DNA of 64,000 nucleotides from Tubiluchus corallicola (GCA_030141605.1 JAQGDQ010000156.1:417459-481458), one strand, 5' to 3'; counted from the first letter of the stretch, positions 12,701-24,300 are shown. Program-made: numbers and translations. Notes: generated by a model from the letters alone, not told the origin.

Positions 12701-15700
12701 CTGTTCGTTCCGGGCTTCTTCTAGCAGTAAGAACTAGGTTTATGTATATCACGTGAAATGTGTATTTAACTACAAGTGATTAAATGTAGTCAGGGGAGCT
12801 GCACTTGACTGTTAGTTCAGTGTAGAATAAAATTTAATTGTTTTAATAATCATATAAAGTACAAGTTTGTGCGTACCATTAAAATAGTTTTTTCATTTTC
12901 AGAAATTAGAATTTTTTTAGTACAAGAATTGTATTTTTAGGAGCTGTCACCTGTTGAAGAAAAAGAGAAAGAAAAAGAGGTCACAAAGGAGCCAGAGAGG
13001 AGCAGTTCGCCTGTGGTTAGAGGCGCTGTATTACGTAAGCCAAGATTAAAGGCTGCCATACCCAAGTCATCCTCGCATACAACATTGTCATTGGTTATAC
13101 CAGATAGTAAGTACTTAGTTTAACCAATATTTTTATTTGATAAGAAACATTACCATCATAAGTACATTTATAATAAAAACAATGGACAAAAGCCTTTCAG
13201 AGAGTAGATACGTCATTTATAAGTTTAATAGGCACGATTACAAAAACTGTTATTTTTATTTATGCATTAAGCAAGAGCGAAATTGAAGTTTGTAACAGTA
13301 GTAAGACTTAACAAGTTAATCCTATTTTTGCCTTTTATACTCGCCTTTAATTTTTGAGAAAGTGTAGGTCTCTAGTATGTTTGTTGTTTCGTGTTTGTGT
13401 TTGTCTATCTGTCTTCTTCTGAGTGATTAGTAATTTTGTAAGAGCTTAGAACATACTTTTGTTGCTACATATGCACAAGCACTGTCAAGTCAGAGATTTT
13501 AACAAGCTTATGGTATTTTAGTTTGTCTAATGGTTTTGTTTTTCTCAGAGTTCAGTATACTTATTAACTTTATGTTGACGGATAATCAACTAATTTTTGC
13601 TTTACAGATGTGACACCACCAATTTGCTCACCAGGTGGCTCCAGTACCAGTTCTCGCGATGCCTCGCCAAGTCGTGAAATTCCGCTTGTCCAGCACTTAC
13701 GACCGCCTATCATTATTAAAAAATCGGCCCGTGGTTTTGGTTTCACTCTGCAAGCAATTCGAGTGTACATGGGCGATTCTGATGTCTATACCATGCATCA
13801 TTTGGTTTATGTAAGTTTTTGCTGTCGTATTTCTTTTTAGATTAGAGAAATATTTCTATTGCCAAACTTATTACGTTTTGAAGTGAGCTATTTTGATAAG
13901 ATTAAGATTTTATAGAATTGCTAATTATAATTTCGTATAATTTCAGGCGGTTGATCCAAATGGTCCAGCTTTTGAAGCGGGTCTGCGTCCCATGGATTTG
14001 GTCACTCATATTAATTCGGAATCTGTTCAGGGACTCATTCATTCGCAGGTAAGCTTTCTCATTATATGATTATTGCAATCATTTAAGTACCAAAGGATTC
14101 TTTGTCTTAATGTTGCTGTTCTGATTGTGTTGGTTTCGGCTTTTCCAATTGCCTGGCTGGCTCTGAGAAAAGGCAGTGTGATATGCAATAAGAAATGCCA
14201 TAAGTGCATTAAGCCCAGCTGACCTATGTTTGTTCCTGGTGCTTGACACTATATTCGGACAAACGGAGTCGATGATCAGAGAAGTAGATTATTCAACTTG
14301 ACAGAAGTGAACACTGATTTACATTTGACAGAAAGATCATTTATGATATGCATTCAAAATGCCCTGTTCTTTGAATCAAAAGTTCAAAGTTAAGATTAGA
14401 GAACGAATAAATAAATGAGTGAGAATGAGAATGAATGATTTAAATTTTTTAAAGTTGTAACTCAAAATGAGTGACAGAATTTGTTGCAGTCGTTGTCCTA
14501 TAGTAGTAACAGGAGCCATACTCTTCAAGGGCATTGAAAAGGCAGTGGACAAAGTATGCAACCTTTATTTCACGTTTTGCACCAGCCATGAAATTTCTTA
14601 TCAGTACTCGAACTTTTGTAGGTAGAGAAGGATTGGTATGTGTAAAAAAGAAAACATTAGTAGTTTTTGCTATTCTTTTTAAGGTGATTCGATTAATACT
14701 TTCTGGAGGACCAAGATTAAATGTCAGGGCAATACCTCTAGACCAGACCTCTATCAAAACTGGAGCAAGAAAACGTAACCCAGGTCAAGGCAAAATGGCA
14801 CGCAGTCGTGGTGGTTCTCGTCGCCGACATCACAAACGGAGCGAAACGGACAAACGAAGGCGGTCGTCATTATTTCGCAGGTACTTAACGTTTCGTTACA
14901 AAATTTACTTTAAATTTCTCCAACTCTTTGGGTATATTTGTCTCTAATCTTGCATAATATATTGTAGGTTGAGCAACAAGCGTGCAAGTGCTGAAGGGTT
15001 GTTGCCTGGTTCCCCAGTCATCACTCCAAGCAGGAGTTTTGGATCATCACTCAACCGATCGCTGTCGTCTACAGAGAGCCTCTCCGGTTCCCCTACACGA
15101 GTGGGCAAATCTCCGCCGAGCAAAATACTGTCACCTCCCGATTCCGCTCACTCTACAGGCACGTTATGAAAGTTAATACACTTATTTATTTATTATTTAT
15201 TTGCTTGTTTATTTTTTTGCTCATTCATTTATTTATTCTTTAACTTCTTGATTTGTAGATCCACATTTAAGCAAATTTCCATTTTTTTGTTTGTATGGAA
15301 TTCATCGTAAAAATTGACATAGGATTAACTGATGTTCATTACTACCAACTTCAATTAAATAGGAAATAATTCCGGATAAAATGGTAAAACAGTACGTACC
15401 GGTGTGAAAAAAGAAAATTAAAAGCAAAAAATTGTAGCTCGCCATCATCAATTAAAAATATAACAAGTTAGGAAAAGTAAAAACAACTGCATAGGAAGAA
15501 AAAAACAAGCACTGCACAGATAGTTCATTTCATCTGTTATTTTATAGCTGATTTTTTGCTTTTGAGACCCATTTCTCAAATGCTTCTCCTGAAATAAATA
15601 AATCAATTGGGAGGCTGTAAAGGGCATGCAATGTTTTATTCCTCTTAATGACGACAAGTTTTGGGTGATGTTTCATATTTTAAAAAATAATTCTATGTAG

Positions 15701-16546
15701 ACTGTTAGTCTTAATAGATTAGTAAACTAATAAGTATTTATTTAATTTACAGGTAGCACATCATCTCAGAGCTCATCTCCTAGCTCCAGTGTTCCGAATT
15801 CTCCTGCAAACTCTACGCACTACAGTCAGCGACCTAGTTCACTACACGGGCTCAAACACAAACTAGTTCAGACATTCCGATCTCCTCATCGACGAAAATC
15901 CGTCGGACATATTCCGCTGTCGCCGCTTGCCAGGACGCCGTCTCCGGGACCAGTTCCCACATCGCCAACCAGGTCACCCAGTCCGCTGGCTATGCCGCTA
16001 GCTGCAAATGTTGCTCACGTTCCGGGAAGCTCGTCTCACGCACAACTTTTTCCTGCTCACATTGCTACGAATCCGGTGATTAAGCGGGCGTTAACACGGC
16101 CCAAGAGTCAGGACACACTGAACTCTGCATCGCCTCTCACACGGGTGCGAAGGACCTCATCACCGGATCGTTTGCACCCTAGTTCCGCTATCACAATACC
16201 ACCTGCAGTATCCATCACGGCACCGACTCCACCACCGCAGAAACCTCCAGTTTTAAAAGAAGCATCTTGTGATCCTACTGAATCAAGCGAACTGCAAAAA
16301 TCAGAGATCAAAGAAGGGCAGGCTGCTGCTGCCGCTCCTTCGACCAAATCGGCAAAACATGCCGCATCGTCCACAGAGAAGAAAGAGAAATCTGAAAAGA
16401 AAACTAGTCCAAAGAGCGCCAAGCCTCCGAAGAGTGACTTCAAAGAGAAACGGAAGGAGATGGACCGCAGAAAAGAGGACAGTCTAAAGAGGAAGGATGA
16501 CAAGAAAAAAGAAACAAGCGAACACAAGAAGGACATGAAAAAGTGA
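721..16546 (+). CDS. MAST: Microtubule-associated serine/threonine kinase (DUF1908 - AGC kinase - PDZ), multi-exon, 5' end upstream of window
   Basis: Phase-consistent exons: 721-796, 3308-3511, 4183-4281, 4554-4689, 5718-5871, 7945-8119, 8678-9374, 9674-9816, 10561-10784, 12412-12640, 12941-13106, 13608-13810, 13947-14048, 14684-14880, 14968-15158, 15753-16546 (TGA). MAST signatures: [138 protein letters not shown]. Confidence 0.96.
932..1400 (+). mobile_element. Degenerate TTAA-flanked (Kolobok-like) non-autonomous element; right end uncertain
   Basis: Starts TTAA-AGGAAAGTCCAAGCCTTCTGG and aligns by eye with the reverse complement of about 6340-6765 (shared atcatttca..gggcact, cttc(c/t)accaatgaca, tagctaatt). 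Confidence 0.5.
2325..2996. repeat. 28-bp minisatellite, about 24 copies (ATGAACACATCGATGTC(A/G)CTTGTGTGAA)
   Basis: Direct head-to-tail units with no spacers; source of the repetitive minus-strand ORFs at 2283-2987. Confidence 0.97.
3920..4205 (+). repeat. About 63-bp tandem repeat (4-5 copies) whose last copy spans a MAST intron/exon junction
   Basis: Unit ttttctgttttcacatgg.cccaat.aaggtctgaatcagtggctttaaa; last copy reads ttcccacag|GCTCAATCAAGGTCTGAATCAG. Confidence 0.85.
5160..5418. mobile_element. MITE with TIRs and internal inverted repeats, copy 1
   Basis: TIR aataagccttttcacagtt / aactgtgaaaaggtttatt; inner IR aggtcaaaggttaa / ttaacctttgacct; second copy at 19719-20422. Confidence 0.8.
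6340..6765 (-). mobile_element. Second, inverted copy of the Kolobok-like element at 932
   Basis: Ends ccagaaagtttgatttttcctttaa, the reverse-complement equivalent of the 932 terminus; internal similarity. Confidence 0.5.
8170..8455 (-). mobile_element. Degenerate 5S rRNA-derived element (SINE3-like or 5S pseudogene)
   Basis: Minus strand aaagttaagcaacgtagggcagattagtaagtggatggtga resembles the 5S internal control region (GAAGTTAAGCAACGTCGGGCCCGGTTAGTACTTGGATGGGTGA, recalled consensus); followed by a non-5S body. Confidence 0.55.
8678..9374 (+). CDS. MAST: MAST exon encoding most of the catalytic kinase core
   Basis: ttctag acceptor and gtgagt donor; ORF 8690-9382 has [20 protein letters not shown] and the AGC tail [15 protein letters not shown]. 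Confidence 0.95.
9933..10354. mobile_element. hAT-like MITE (CAGGGTT(T/C)CCAC...GTG(A/G)GAACCC), copy 1
   Basis: Imperfect TIRs, subterminal tcagggaaa repeats, and clear homology to 11515-12329. Confidence 0.7.
11515..12329. mobile_element. hAT-like MITE, copy 2, interrupted by a Tigger-like MITE
   Basis: Shares ccacggtcag, aacatattttt.cag.gattc.tgttcaaataaaattt, gcaggctcccagtttc and ttggtcagggaaa with copy 1. Confidence 0.7.
11844..12270 (+). mobile_element. Tc1/mariner pogo/Tigger-like MITE
   Basis: TIR cagtgttccctcgct / agtgagggaacactg, preceded by TA; internal ATGCCACCCAAACGT (MPPKR), typical of a Tigger transposase start remnant. Confidence 0.75.
12515..12559 (+). repeat. Coding CAG/CAA repeat, 15 glutamines in MAST
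   Basis: In frame within exon 12412-12640. Confidence 0.9.
13608..14880 (+). CDS. MAST: MAST PDZ-domain exons (13608-13810, 13947-14048, 14684-14880)
   Basis: GFGFTL carboxylate-binding loop and [22 protein letters not shown]; canonical GT-AG sites keep the frame. Confidence 0.92.
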
Positions 16547-17029
16547 TTCTAGAGTTTTATTTGTTCAACAGTTTTGTGGTCGTGTGATTGTGATCAATTC
16601 TTGCTTTTATCGTGTGCGAATGTGATTGTTGGTGTGTGTATAAAAATGCACGTAGGTGTTCAAGTAATAATATTAACAAACTTTATAAACGTGACATATT
16701 GGATGAGCATGCATCTATGGTAAATGAATGCTGTACAAGCCACAAATGTTGGTCGCAAGTTCTTATATGAATCCTCAACAAAACAATTCTGCCATACTCG
16801 AACATGTGTCCATTAGAAGTAAGCTTATAAGTAAGTAGCAATTTGCCTAGACTAACTCAGCACTCTATTTTGAATGATTTATCTGCATTATTCGAGTCAC
16901 GCCTTCTGTTGTATAGTAAGACCAAAAAAGAATCATAATTAGTCAATTTATTGTACGCATAGAGTCTGCAGTTGATGTGTCTCGGTTGTAAATTGACGGC
17001 ATTGCACGCTCTTGTATTATATATGTATT

Positions 17030-17060
<31 letters not shown>

Positions 17061-19718
17061 GAAGCTTGTAAATAATGGTGCTTAAAGCAAGATTAATTAA
17101 CATTTTGTATGTTTAAAGCAAAGCGAAACATTGTTTGTGCTGCGCTGACGTCATTAACGTAGCAGTAGTCTTTCCGTTGACGTGGCATAATCTGAATTTT
17201 TCCGGTAAGCTTTGCAGTGTATAAAAGTTTACTAATTTAGAGGTTAGCAGATGTCACCCTTATGCAGTGTTAGCTTCCTCTGTTGTGATATTGTACAAAG
17301 TTATTTGCTGTACATTTTCTTCACTTGTATAGACCTGTGCGATGTATTAACCTGAGTCACTGAAAGGTTTTTTAAATTCGACTTCAAGGAGAAACTCGCA
17401 ATGAAATGTTGGAGAAATACTGCATTTCTTGCAATTTGTTTTACATGTAGGAAATTTATTTAATTCAGAGAACAAAGCGTAAATTCTTTTTATTGTGGAG
17501 ATTTTCACTTGCTAAGCCGTAATTTTTTTTCGTTATTGTTTTTCGACAAACATTGTTGACAACATTTCCAAAATTGTTTGATTAGTTTTTAGTTAGAGTG
17601 CAGCTAAATTTGTAGCAAGATAACATTTAGTTCTTGTGTGCAAGACAGTCTTCTATAAGGCTCATGGTGTCGCATCAGATTCATTTATTTTTGTTATCTG
17701 CTGGTTTTGTATATACGAATGTTGTATATTTATTGATTTATTTTAGAGATACGTTGTTATTGTAGAGTATAATACACCACTTACCTGTTATGATTTGAAG
17801 AAAAGTTTAGTGTTAGTTCTGTTTGCAGGCATAGTGCGCATGCTTAACGAGATATTCAAGCCTACATGTTTTCATAAAGAGTAATTTTCTGTATATTTTC
17901 TCATAAACATCGTCAGGGATGTGAAATGGAACGGAAATAACATGTAATAAATTTAAACAGTAATAATAATTACTGTTTTAAGCAACTTTAAGTATCGATT
18001 ACTTTCCCTATTGATCGATTATTGAGTGATTACTTTTTTAGCCTAAAGTTTGATTTTTACTGCCAGAAAAACAATCCTGTAAACAGTCGGTTTTAAAACT
18101 CTCCAGGATGAATCCTGCTGTATAATAAATGTTTACAGGTTGTCTTACTCTCCAAATAATGGATGAGTTATTTGTGGTAAAAATTTCTAGTATCACTGAT
18201 GCTACTTCTACCTGAAAGGCAGTAAATATCACATTTCGTGTTTTGTATCTGAAGTAGCTACTGCTCATTTACAGTAGTAATTGTGATGTTTGCCTGTGCA
18301 CTTTCTTGGATATTATCTGGTTCTTTATGAGAAAGTAAAGAGAATTTGGGGTATTGTTCTATAGATGGCGGCACTGTATTTGACTTCCTTCTTTGACCTG
18401 AGTTTCTGCAAAGGTATCTGTCGCATGGTCGACGTAATCTTTTGATGTAACTTTTTTCTTAACATGTTTCATTTCGAAAACTTAATAGGCAAATCTAATC
18501 TAAATGTCACCTATGTAAATATTTTTTGTTAAAACTAAACCTTCTATCAATTCTCTTCGGCTTCTTTGATTAATTGTGTTAACATAATTAAATGTACAAC
18601 CAATTTGTTAACATTGATGACTGTGTTAAATATACTGTGTCATTGTTTTGGAATGCTTTTGTACATATCAGCACTATTAATCATGCATTGTTTGTATCTT
18701 TCCAAGCTTTGTTTACTGGATAAACTACTCATTGTTTGTTTTATGTTGTTTCATATGTAAAACTCGATGTTTAATTGTTGCACGGTGTGATAACTTGTCA
18801 TTCTCTTCTAACTGTCTTATGTTTCAAACTCTGCAGCGTCTTCTGGCCTCTGCCTAGTTTACAGTGCATACATGGCAGGTACTTTGTGGATGCATTTATC
18901 TTAACTCAGACTTACATTATTTCAGTAGTTTGTGCATAGGAATTGAGAAGCTGTGCTGGTTGTTTCCCGTGTAGAAAAGATTAAAACGTTTGTTTCAGAA
19001 GTTTTCATTATTTAAAGAAATGATTAAAATACTTTAAATAATTAAAATACTAGTATCAATTACCAGGGTAACAAAATGACAGTTTGGTTGTGAAAATGTT
19101 AGTGACATTGACGTTGATTTCATAAGTCAACTCCAGCGATTTTACACCTGTAGGAGACAGTTTCCTACATGTAGATCTGGCGAAATATAGTGGTGTTACG
19201 TCTAGAATCAGCACAGTAGCAGAAGAAAACGAATTTTAAACAACACGCAACTCAGTTATTCAGTAAGAATTTACCACAAGATGAACATTGTTTGCCTGTT
19301 AGCAACAGAGAAAGTGGAGAGTCAAAGTGATTAGTGAGGGACTTTTGAAACACGCTGTATGAGAACAAGAGACTATGATTTTTATTTGTCTGCGAGTATT
19401 TGTATGAGTATAAATAGTTGTTGTCTTTCTGCTTGCTATTTTCTAGGTCTGCTGAAATAACATTCTGCCTTGCTTGTCATCTTCTGTCTCTGATAATATG
19501 TCTGTGCTTGAATAAAAATCCTACCGTCGTGAACTTTTTTGTTTTCATTCTTTTTTCTGCGCACAGCATACTTACTTGGAATACAAATATAACAGCGCGC
19601 TTAAATCGCCCCTATCTTTACTTATCAAAAGAAAGTTTTAAGCAAGTTTCGCTTGCTCGAGTGCCTGCATGCCTACAACATGCAGTTAACTAATTATTCA
19701 TAATCCGTTGTTGGACTT

Positions 19719-20422
19719 TAATAAGCCTTTTTTACAGTTCCAGCGATTGATGATGATCGTGAGAAGGTCAAAGGTTAAGTGTACCAGACAACACATTTGT
19801 GTACACTTGATAACGCGTTGCAGCTCATGCTATTGTTATACTAACATAGACATGGACATAGGACATTTATTTTCTCCAATTAGTTTAACGTCAATAGTTT
19901 TTTAAATATTAAGTAATTATGATCATGGAGCAGGGCAGGGAAGGACCATAGGGTCATCTAGTCTCCTGCCCTTTCTTATAAATATATATTATTAGAAATA
20001 AACGGTGATGCTGCAGATAACAAAAACAAAAGAAAAAATAATAAAAACAGTATAAATGACACAAATTATCCAAAAAGAACTGAAAACAAAAAATAATAAA
20101 GTTGGATACCTAAATCTAAACAAAACAATAGTCAATACAATTATTCGGTAATTAGGATTATATGTAGTAGTTTTATGGATTATATTAGTTTTAACGATTA
20201 GTCAGAAACTTACCTAGTTTATTTTTTCTTGTTTCCAAATGCATAATTAAGTGAAGTCCACGTAATAAAACAACTGAAGTTACAAAACTGAGCGGCAGGT
20301 GGTTTTGCTTTACTCCGTCGTTAGAGTAAAGGTTGTAGTTAAGACGCGTTGCTGTGGTACACTTAACCTTTGACCTACATCAACTGCGCGTGCGCATAGC
20401 GAAACTGTGAAAATGCTTATTA
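19719..20422. mobile_element. MITE copy 2 (same family as 5160-5418) with an insertion of about 430 bp
   Basis: Same TIRs; perfect 22-bp inner IR aggtcaaaggttaagtgtacca / tggtacacttaacctttgacct. Confidence 0.8.
19845..20280 (-). mobile_element. 3' end of a CR1-type LINE/SINE inserted in the MITE
   Basis: Minus strand gggcaggagactagatgaccctatggtccttccctgccct (CR1-like 3' stem-loop) and a short (ctatgtc)-like tail; absent from MITE copy 1. Confidence 0.55.
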
Positions 20423-21102
20423 ATTAAAAAAAACGATAAACAATTATAACAGCTTGAGTTGGCATAGTCTGTACATTTTCACAACTCATTTTAATAATTA
20501 TTACGCAATGACTTTACTTGCAATTGCAAACAGCTAATCATTTCCATACTCTAGTATGTATTAACATACGTGTTGCCACATCATTAAAAAACACAGAAAT
20601 AATTAATGTGAAAATATAAGACCATTAAGGATTGAAGATTGTTGAATAAGCAGTAAAAGCCGTGCGTTGGCAGTCCAGGATACCGCTGGGGGACTTGACT
20701 GTGCTCTCCTGCTCCCCTAGTTGATCCTGGGACCCCGAATCTCTTGAAAAAGACTGCCACTTGCAAAATAATATAACACAGCGTTACATGTAAATGATAA
20801 TCGTTTGTATACAGTTCGGGAATATGATTTTCAGTTAATCTGTAGTTTAAATTTAAACATTGCACACGATTTAAGCCGCCCACAAGTTTTCTAAAAATGT
20901 GTTTGTGCGGTATTTTGTGGAATTTAGATTATTTGTCACTTGTACATTTTACAATGACTTGTAAATACCAACTATAAAGAAAATCCGCTTCACTTGAACT
21001 GATTATGATCCTTGAAAACTCGACAAGGTGATAACGAAAATGAACGTGGAAATATAAAAACACTTTACAATTTGGTTGCTAGCTAAACCTGACCCAATCT
21101 TA

Positions 21103-21106
<4 letters not shown>

Positions 21107-21143
<37 letters not shown>

Positions 21144-23024
21144 TTCTTTATTTGTCATAAAAACGGTTCCCTCATTATAATAAAATTGAGTTAGCCTCAG
21201 CGTAATGTTAAAATAACAACACTGTTCAAGACAAATGCGTCCAGTGCATACTAAAAAAACTAAAGTGCAAACTATATACAATATAATGAACATATTTACA
21301 AATACCATATTAAAATATTTTTACAAACAATTATAGGAAAGTACATTAAGTTTTACATTACATAGTGCACACTATTTATACATTTAACATTACGAAACAC
21401 GAAACTAACATAACACGTATTACATTACATAATTTTTTTTAAAAAAAATTTCATTTTTAATCATTATATGGAGTCAGGGGCGGGGGTATATGAAAGTGGA
21501 GTCCGTGTAATTAGTATCAGATGCACAATGTGGAAGTTGAAACCTGTTATATTGATATTCTTTTAATTTCTTTTTAAAGTGGTGGAGAGATTCTATTTGT
21601 TTTATTTCACTGGGTAGTAAGTTCCATAAATGTATGGCCTGTTTTGATATAGAGTTATTTCCAAATTTATTGTTTACTGTAATTTGCTTTAAATTGTATG
21701 TTCTAGTGTTCAATGTGGTATCAGGAATAAATGCTAAGGGATTGTTTGTAAATGGAATGCTCAGTTTATTTATATATTTATAAAGAAATATCAGTGTTTT
21801 GCAATCTCGATAGGCTTCTAATATTGGTATTTTTGTGGACGTTCTTAAGCTTGTTGCAGAAGCAGCATGTTGTTTAGCAGTTTTGTTAGAGTAGCCATGA
21901 ATTAATCTAAGTGCGTAGTTTTGCATTGTATTTAGTTTTCTAAAGTTTTCATATTTAACGTTTTGAAGTAAAGTGCAACCATATAGATAATGTGGTAATA
22001 TTAGACTTTTGTAGATGAGAATTTTTGTTTTCTTGGTTAGATGGCCTCTGGTTTGGCGTAAGAATGTCGTGCTTAATGCCATCTTGTTGTGTATTTGATG
22101 AAACTGTTCATCCCAAGTGAGTTTATTGTCGACAGTAATGCCTAAAAATTTTACAGTTTTTGCTTGTTCTATGGAACAGTCACCTACTTTTAGTGTTGCA
22201 TTAGAAGTAATGTCATTGGATTTGGGTGATATTACCATAAATTCTGTCTTATCATCATTCATTTTTAAACCAAAATAGTTAAATGCTGCATTTATATTTG
22301 TTATGTCTTTTTCTAGATTATTTTTTGATGTTAGAAAGTCTGCGTGTGCTGTATAGAGTGTTGTATCATCGGCATATTGTGTTAAGTCTGAATTATGTAA
22401 AACTAAATGAATTTTATTAACGTATAAACAAAAGAGTAATGGACCTAATATCGTACCTTGTGGGATGCCTCTCTGTGGTGTGTCCCATGTTGAAAAAGTG
22501 TGTTTGTTCAGTTTGACTCTTTGTTTTCTATTGTGTAGGTAATTATTAATTAGTTTGAGAGAAGTATAATCGAATCCTAGTTGGCGTAAGTTGTCTAGTA
22601 GTAAATTGTGATCGAGGCTGTCAAAAGCTTTACTTAGATCTAAAAATGCTGCTGTTATATATTTATTTTTATTTAAGTTGTAACGCCACTTTTCAGTGGC
22701 ATCAATTATCGCGTCTATTGTAGAATGTAGTTTTCTAAAACCAAATTGATGATTTGACAGTAACTTATTATTTTCAATGTAATGGTTTATTTGGTTGTAG
22801 ATAACTCTTTCAAATACTTTGGCTAGTACGTGCACTACTGAGATTGGTCTGTAGTTTTTAGCATCATCTTTAGCATCTTTCTTGTGTATTGGAGTTATGT
22901 TTGCTTGTTTACACACTGCTGGAAATTCTGAGCGCATTAAGACTTGGTTTGTGATATATGTTAGATGAGGAGTAATGATGCTGGCACAGTCTTTTAAGAT
23001 CTTTATTGGCATGTCTGAGGGTCG
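21107..23024 (-). mobile_element. 5'-truncated non-LTR retrotransposon (CR1/L2/Crack group) with (TA)n 3' tail
   Basis: Intact RT ORF, AT-rich 3' UTR, (TA)n at 21107-21140, AACT at both junctions (21103-21106, 23025-23028); interrupts a TTAA element seen intact elsewhere. Confidence 0.92.
21474..23012 (-). CDS. LINE ORF2 reverse transcriptase (512 aa, endonuclease lost by 5' truncation)
   Basis: NYRPIS, QFGFRK..ST, FLDLSKAFD, GIPQGTILGPLLF, YADD, KFLGITVD, LWNLLP; no internal stops. Confidence 0.93.
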   Translation of the reverse strand: MPIKILKDCASIITPHLTYITNQVLMRSEFPAVCKQANITPIHKKDAKDDAKNYRPISVVHVLAKVFERVIYNQINHYIENNKLLSNHQFGFRKLHSTIDAIIDATEKWRYNLNKNKYITAAFLDLSKAFDSLDHNLLLDNLRQLGFDYTSLKLINNYLHNRKQRVKLNKHTFSTWDTPQRGIPQGTILGPLLFCLYVNKIHLVLHNSDLTQYADDTTLYTAHADFLTSKNNLEKDITNINAAFNYFGLKMNDDKTEFMVISPKSNDITSNATLKVGDCSIEQAKTVKFLGITVDNKLTWDEQFHQIHNKMALSTTFLRQTRGHLTKKTKILIYKSLILPHYLYGCTLLQNVKYENFRKLNTMQNYALRLIHGYSNKTAKQHAASATSLRTSTKIPILEAYRDCKTLIFLYKYINKLSIPFTNNPLAFIPDTTLNTRTYNLKQITVNNKFGNNSISKQAIHLWNLLPSEIKQIESLHHFKKKLKEYQYNRFQLPHCASDTNYTDSTFIYPRP

Positions 23025-23580
23025 AACTGTAAGTCAAAACAATCTACTCTTTAAAATATTGAAAGGACACATACTATTACTCGTACACATACTACTTTTT
23101 AAAAAATGAGTTGCGTGAAAGAATTATTACCACACAAACACAATTTCGCGTTCGTGCCACTAGTTCTTCGATGTTACATGCATTTCGCCATTCACCGGGC
23201 ACTAGTGCTTGTATTTCGGAGGTGCTCTACCACTCAGTTCAGATTTGTTAGTTTGTGACGAACTACACACATTCGACAGCTCAAGCGTGATTTGAAATTT
23301 GAATTTTTATCTTAAAACATGCTTAGTTTTAGTACAACACTGAGTTCTTACAGTAGCACTGTACTTCAATTTTCGCTTTCGCAAACACGTGCAACACGCT
23401 CGTAGAATATTTTTGCTGAAAATTATGTTAGTTTGTGATGACATCAATAGTTGGTCTCGCCCGCCGTTAATTAAGTTTTTAACCTATTATTTAATTTATC
23501 AGAAACGCTTTTGCAGTATATACTTTTTATCGGACTTGAAACTCGGGTAGTATATGAAAAATCATCCTGTCTTTCTTTAA
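23025..23580 (+). mobile_element. TTAA-flanked (Kolobok-like) element, copy 1; left stub at about 21081-21106
   Basis: Homologous to 55697-56288 and to the reverse complement of 62352-62971; ends tgtctttctTTAA. Confidence 0.8.
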
Positions 23581-24300
23581 ATAAATGATTTCAGTCTTGT
23601 CTTATTAAAACGCCAATTACACATCTTTGTCATAGTAATTATATAATTTTATTAGTAGATTTAATTAAAATTATTAGTAAAATCCATTTCTATAACTACA
23701 TAACGCGTCAACTGTTTTAACTACAAGTACTATAAAAATATTGCGTTTTTACATATACAATGTTATGCTATAGTGTTATTAAAAGTGCTTTACATACAGT
23801 ACTGTGCTATAGTTGGGCCCGTGGCTATTTTCATAACTATACTATTAACTGTAATAATAAAAATTTAATGATGAAAAGCCAAAGGCAAAAGCTTTGCTAC
23901 GAATGGATATCAAAATGGCAATTACACATTTTTCTCATCATAATTGCACAGTTTACTAACAAATTTCATTTAGCATAATAAGTTCAAGTCCATAACTGCA
24001 TAAGGCAACTGTTGTTTTTTTAATGTGTAGTACTACTAACGCTTACATTACACTGTCGGCTAATGTCGACCTACTTTTATAAACCTGCAGTCCTACAGTT
24101 AGCTAGGTTTACACGTATTTTTATAACTAACCAAATTACAGTATAATTCTAAAAATCTATTTTTCCAGCTGTTGAGATTGATGATCATAACATAGGACTT
24201 ATTTCTAAAGTTAAAGCTAAAAACAAAAATTTAGCTGGGATTCGAATCCGAATATGCTTATAAGCTGGGAATTACTCACAGAAGTTTGTTTTGATTAGAG

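Noticed and set aside
17140-17360. CRE (TGACGTCA), TGACGTGG and AP-1 (TGAGTCA) motifs downstream of MAST
   Set aside because: Short motifs are expected by chance in 64 kb and have no independent support.
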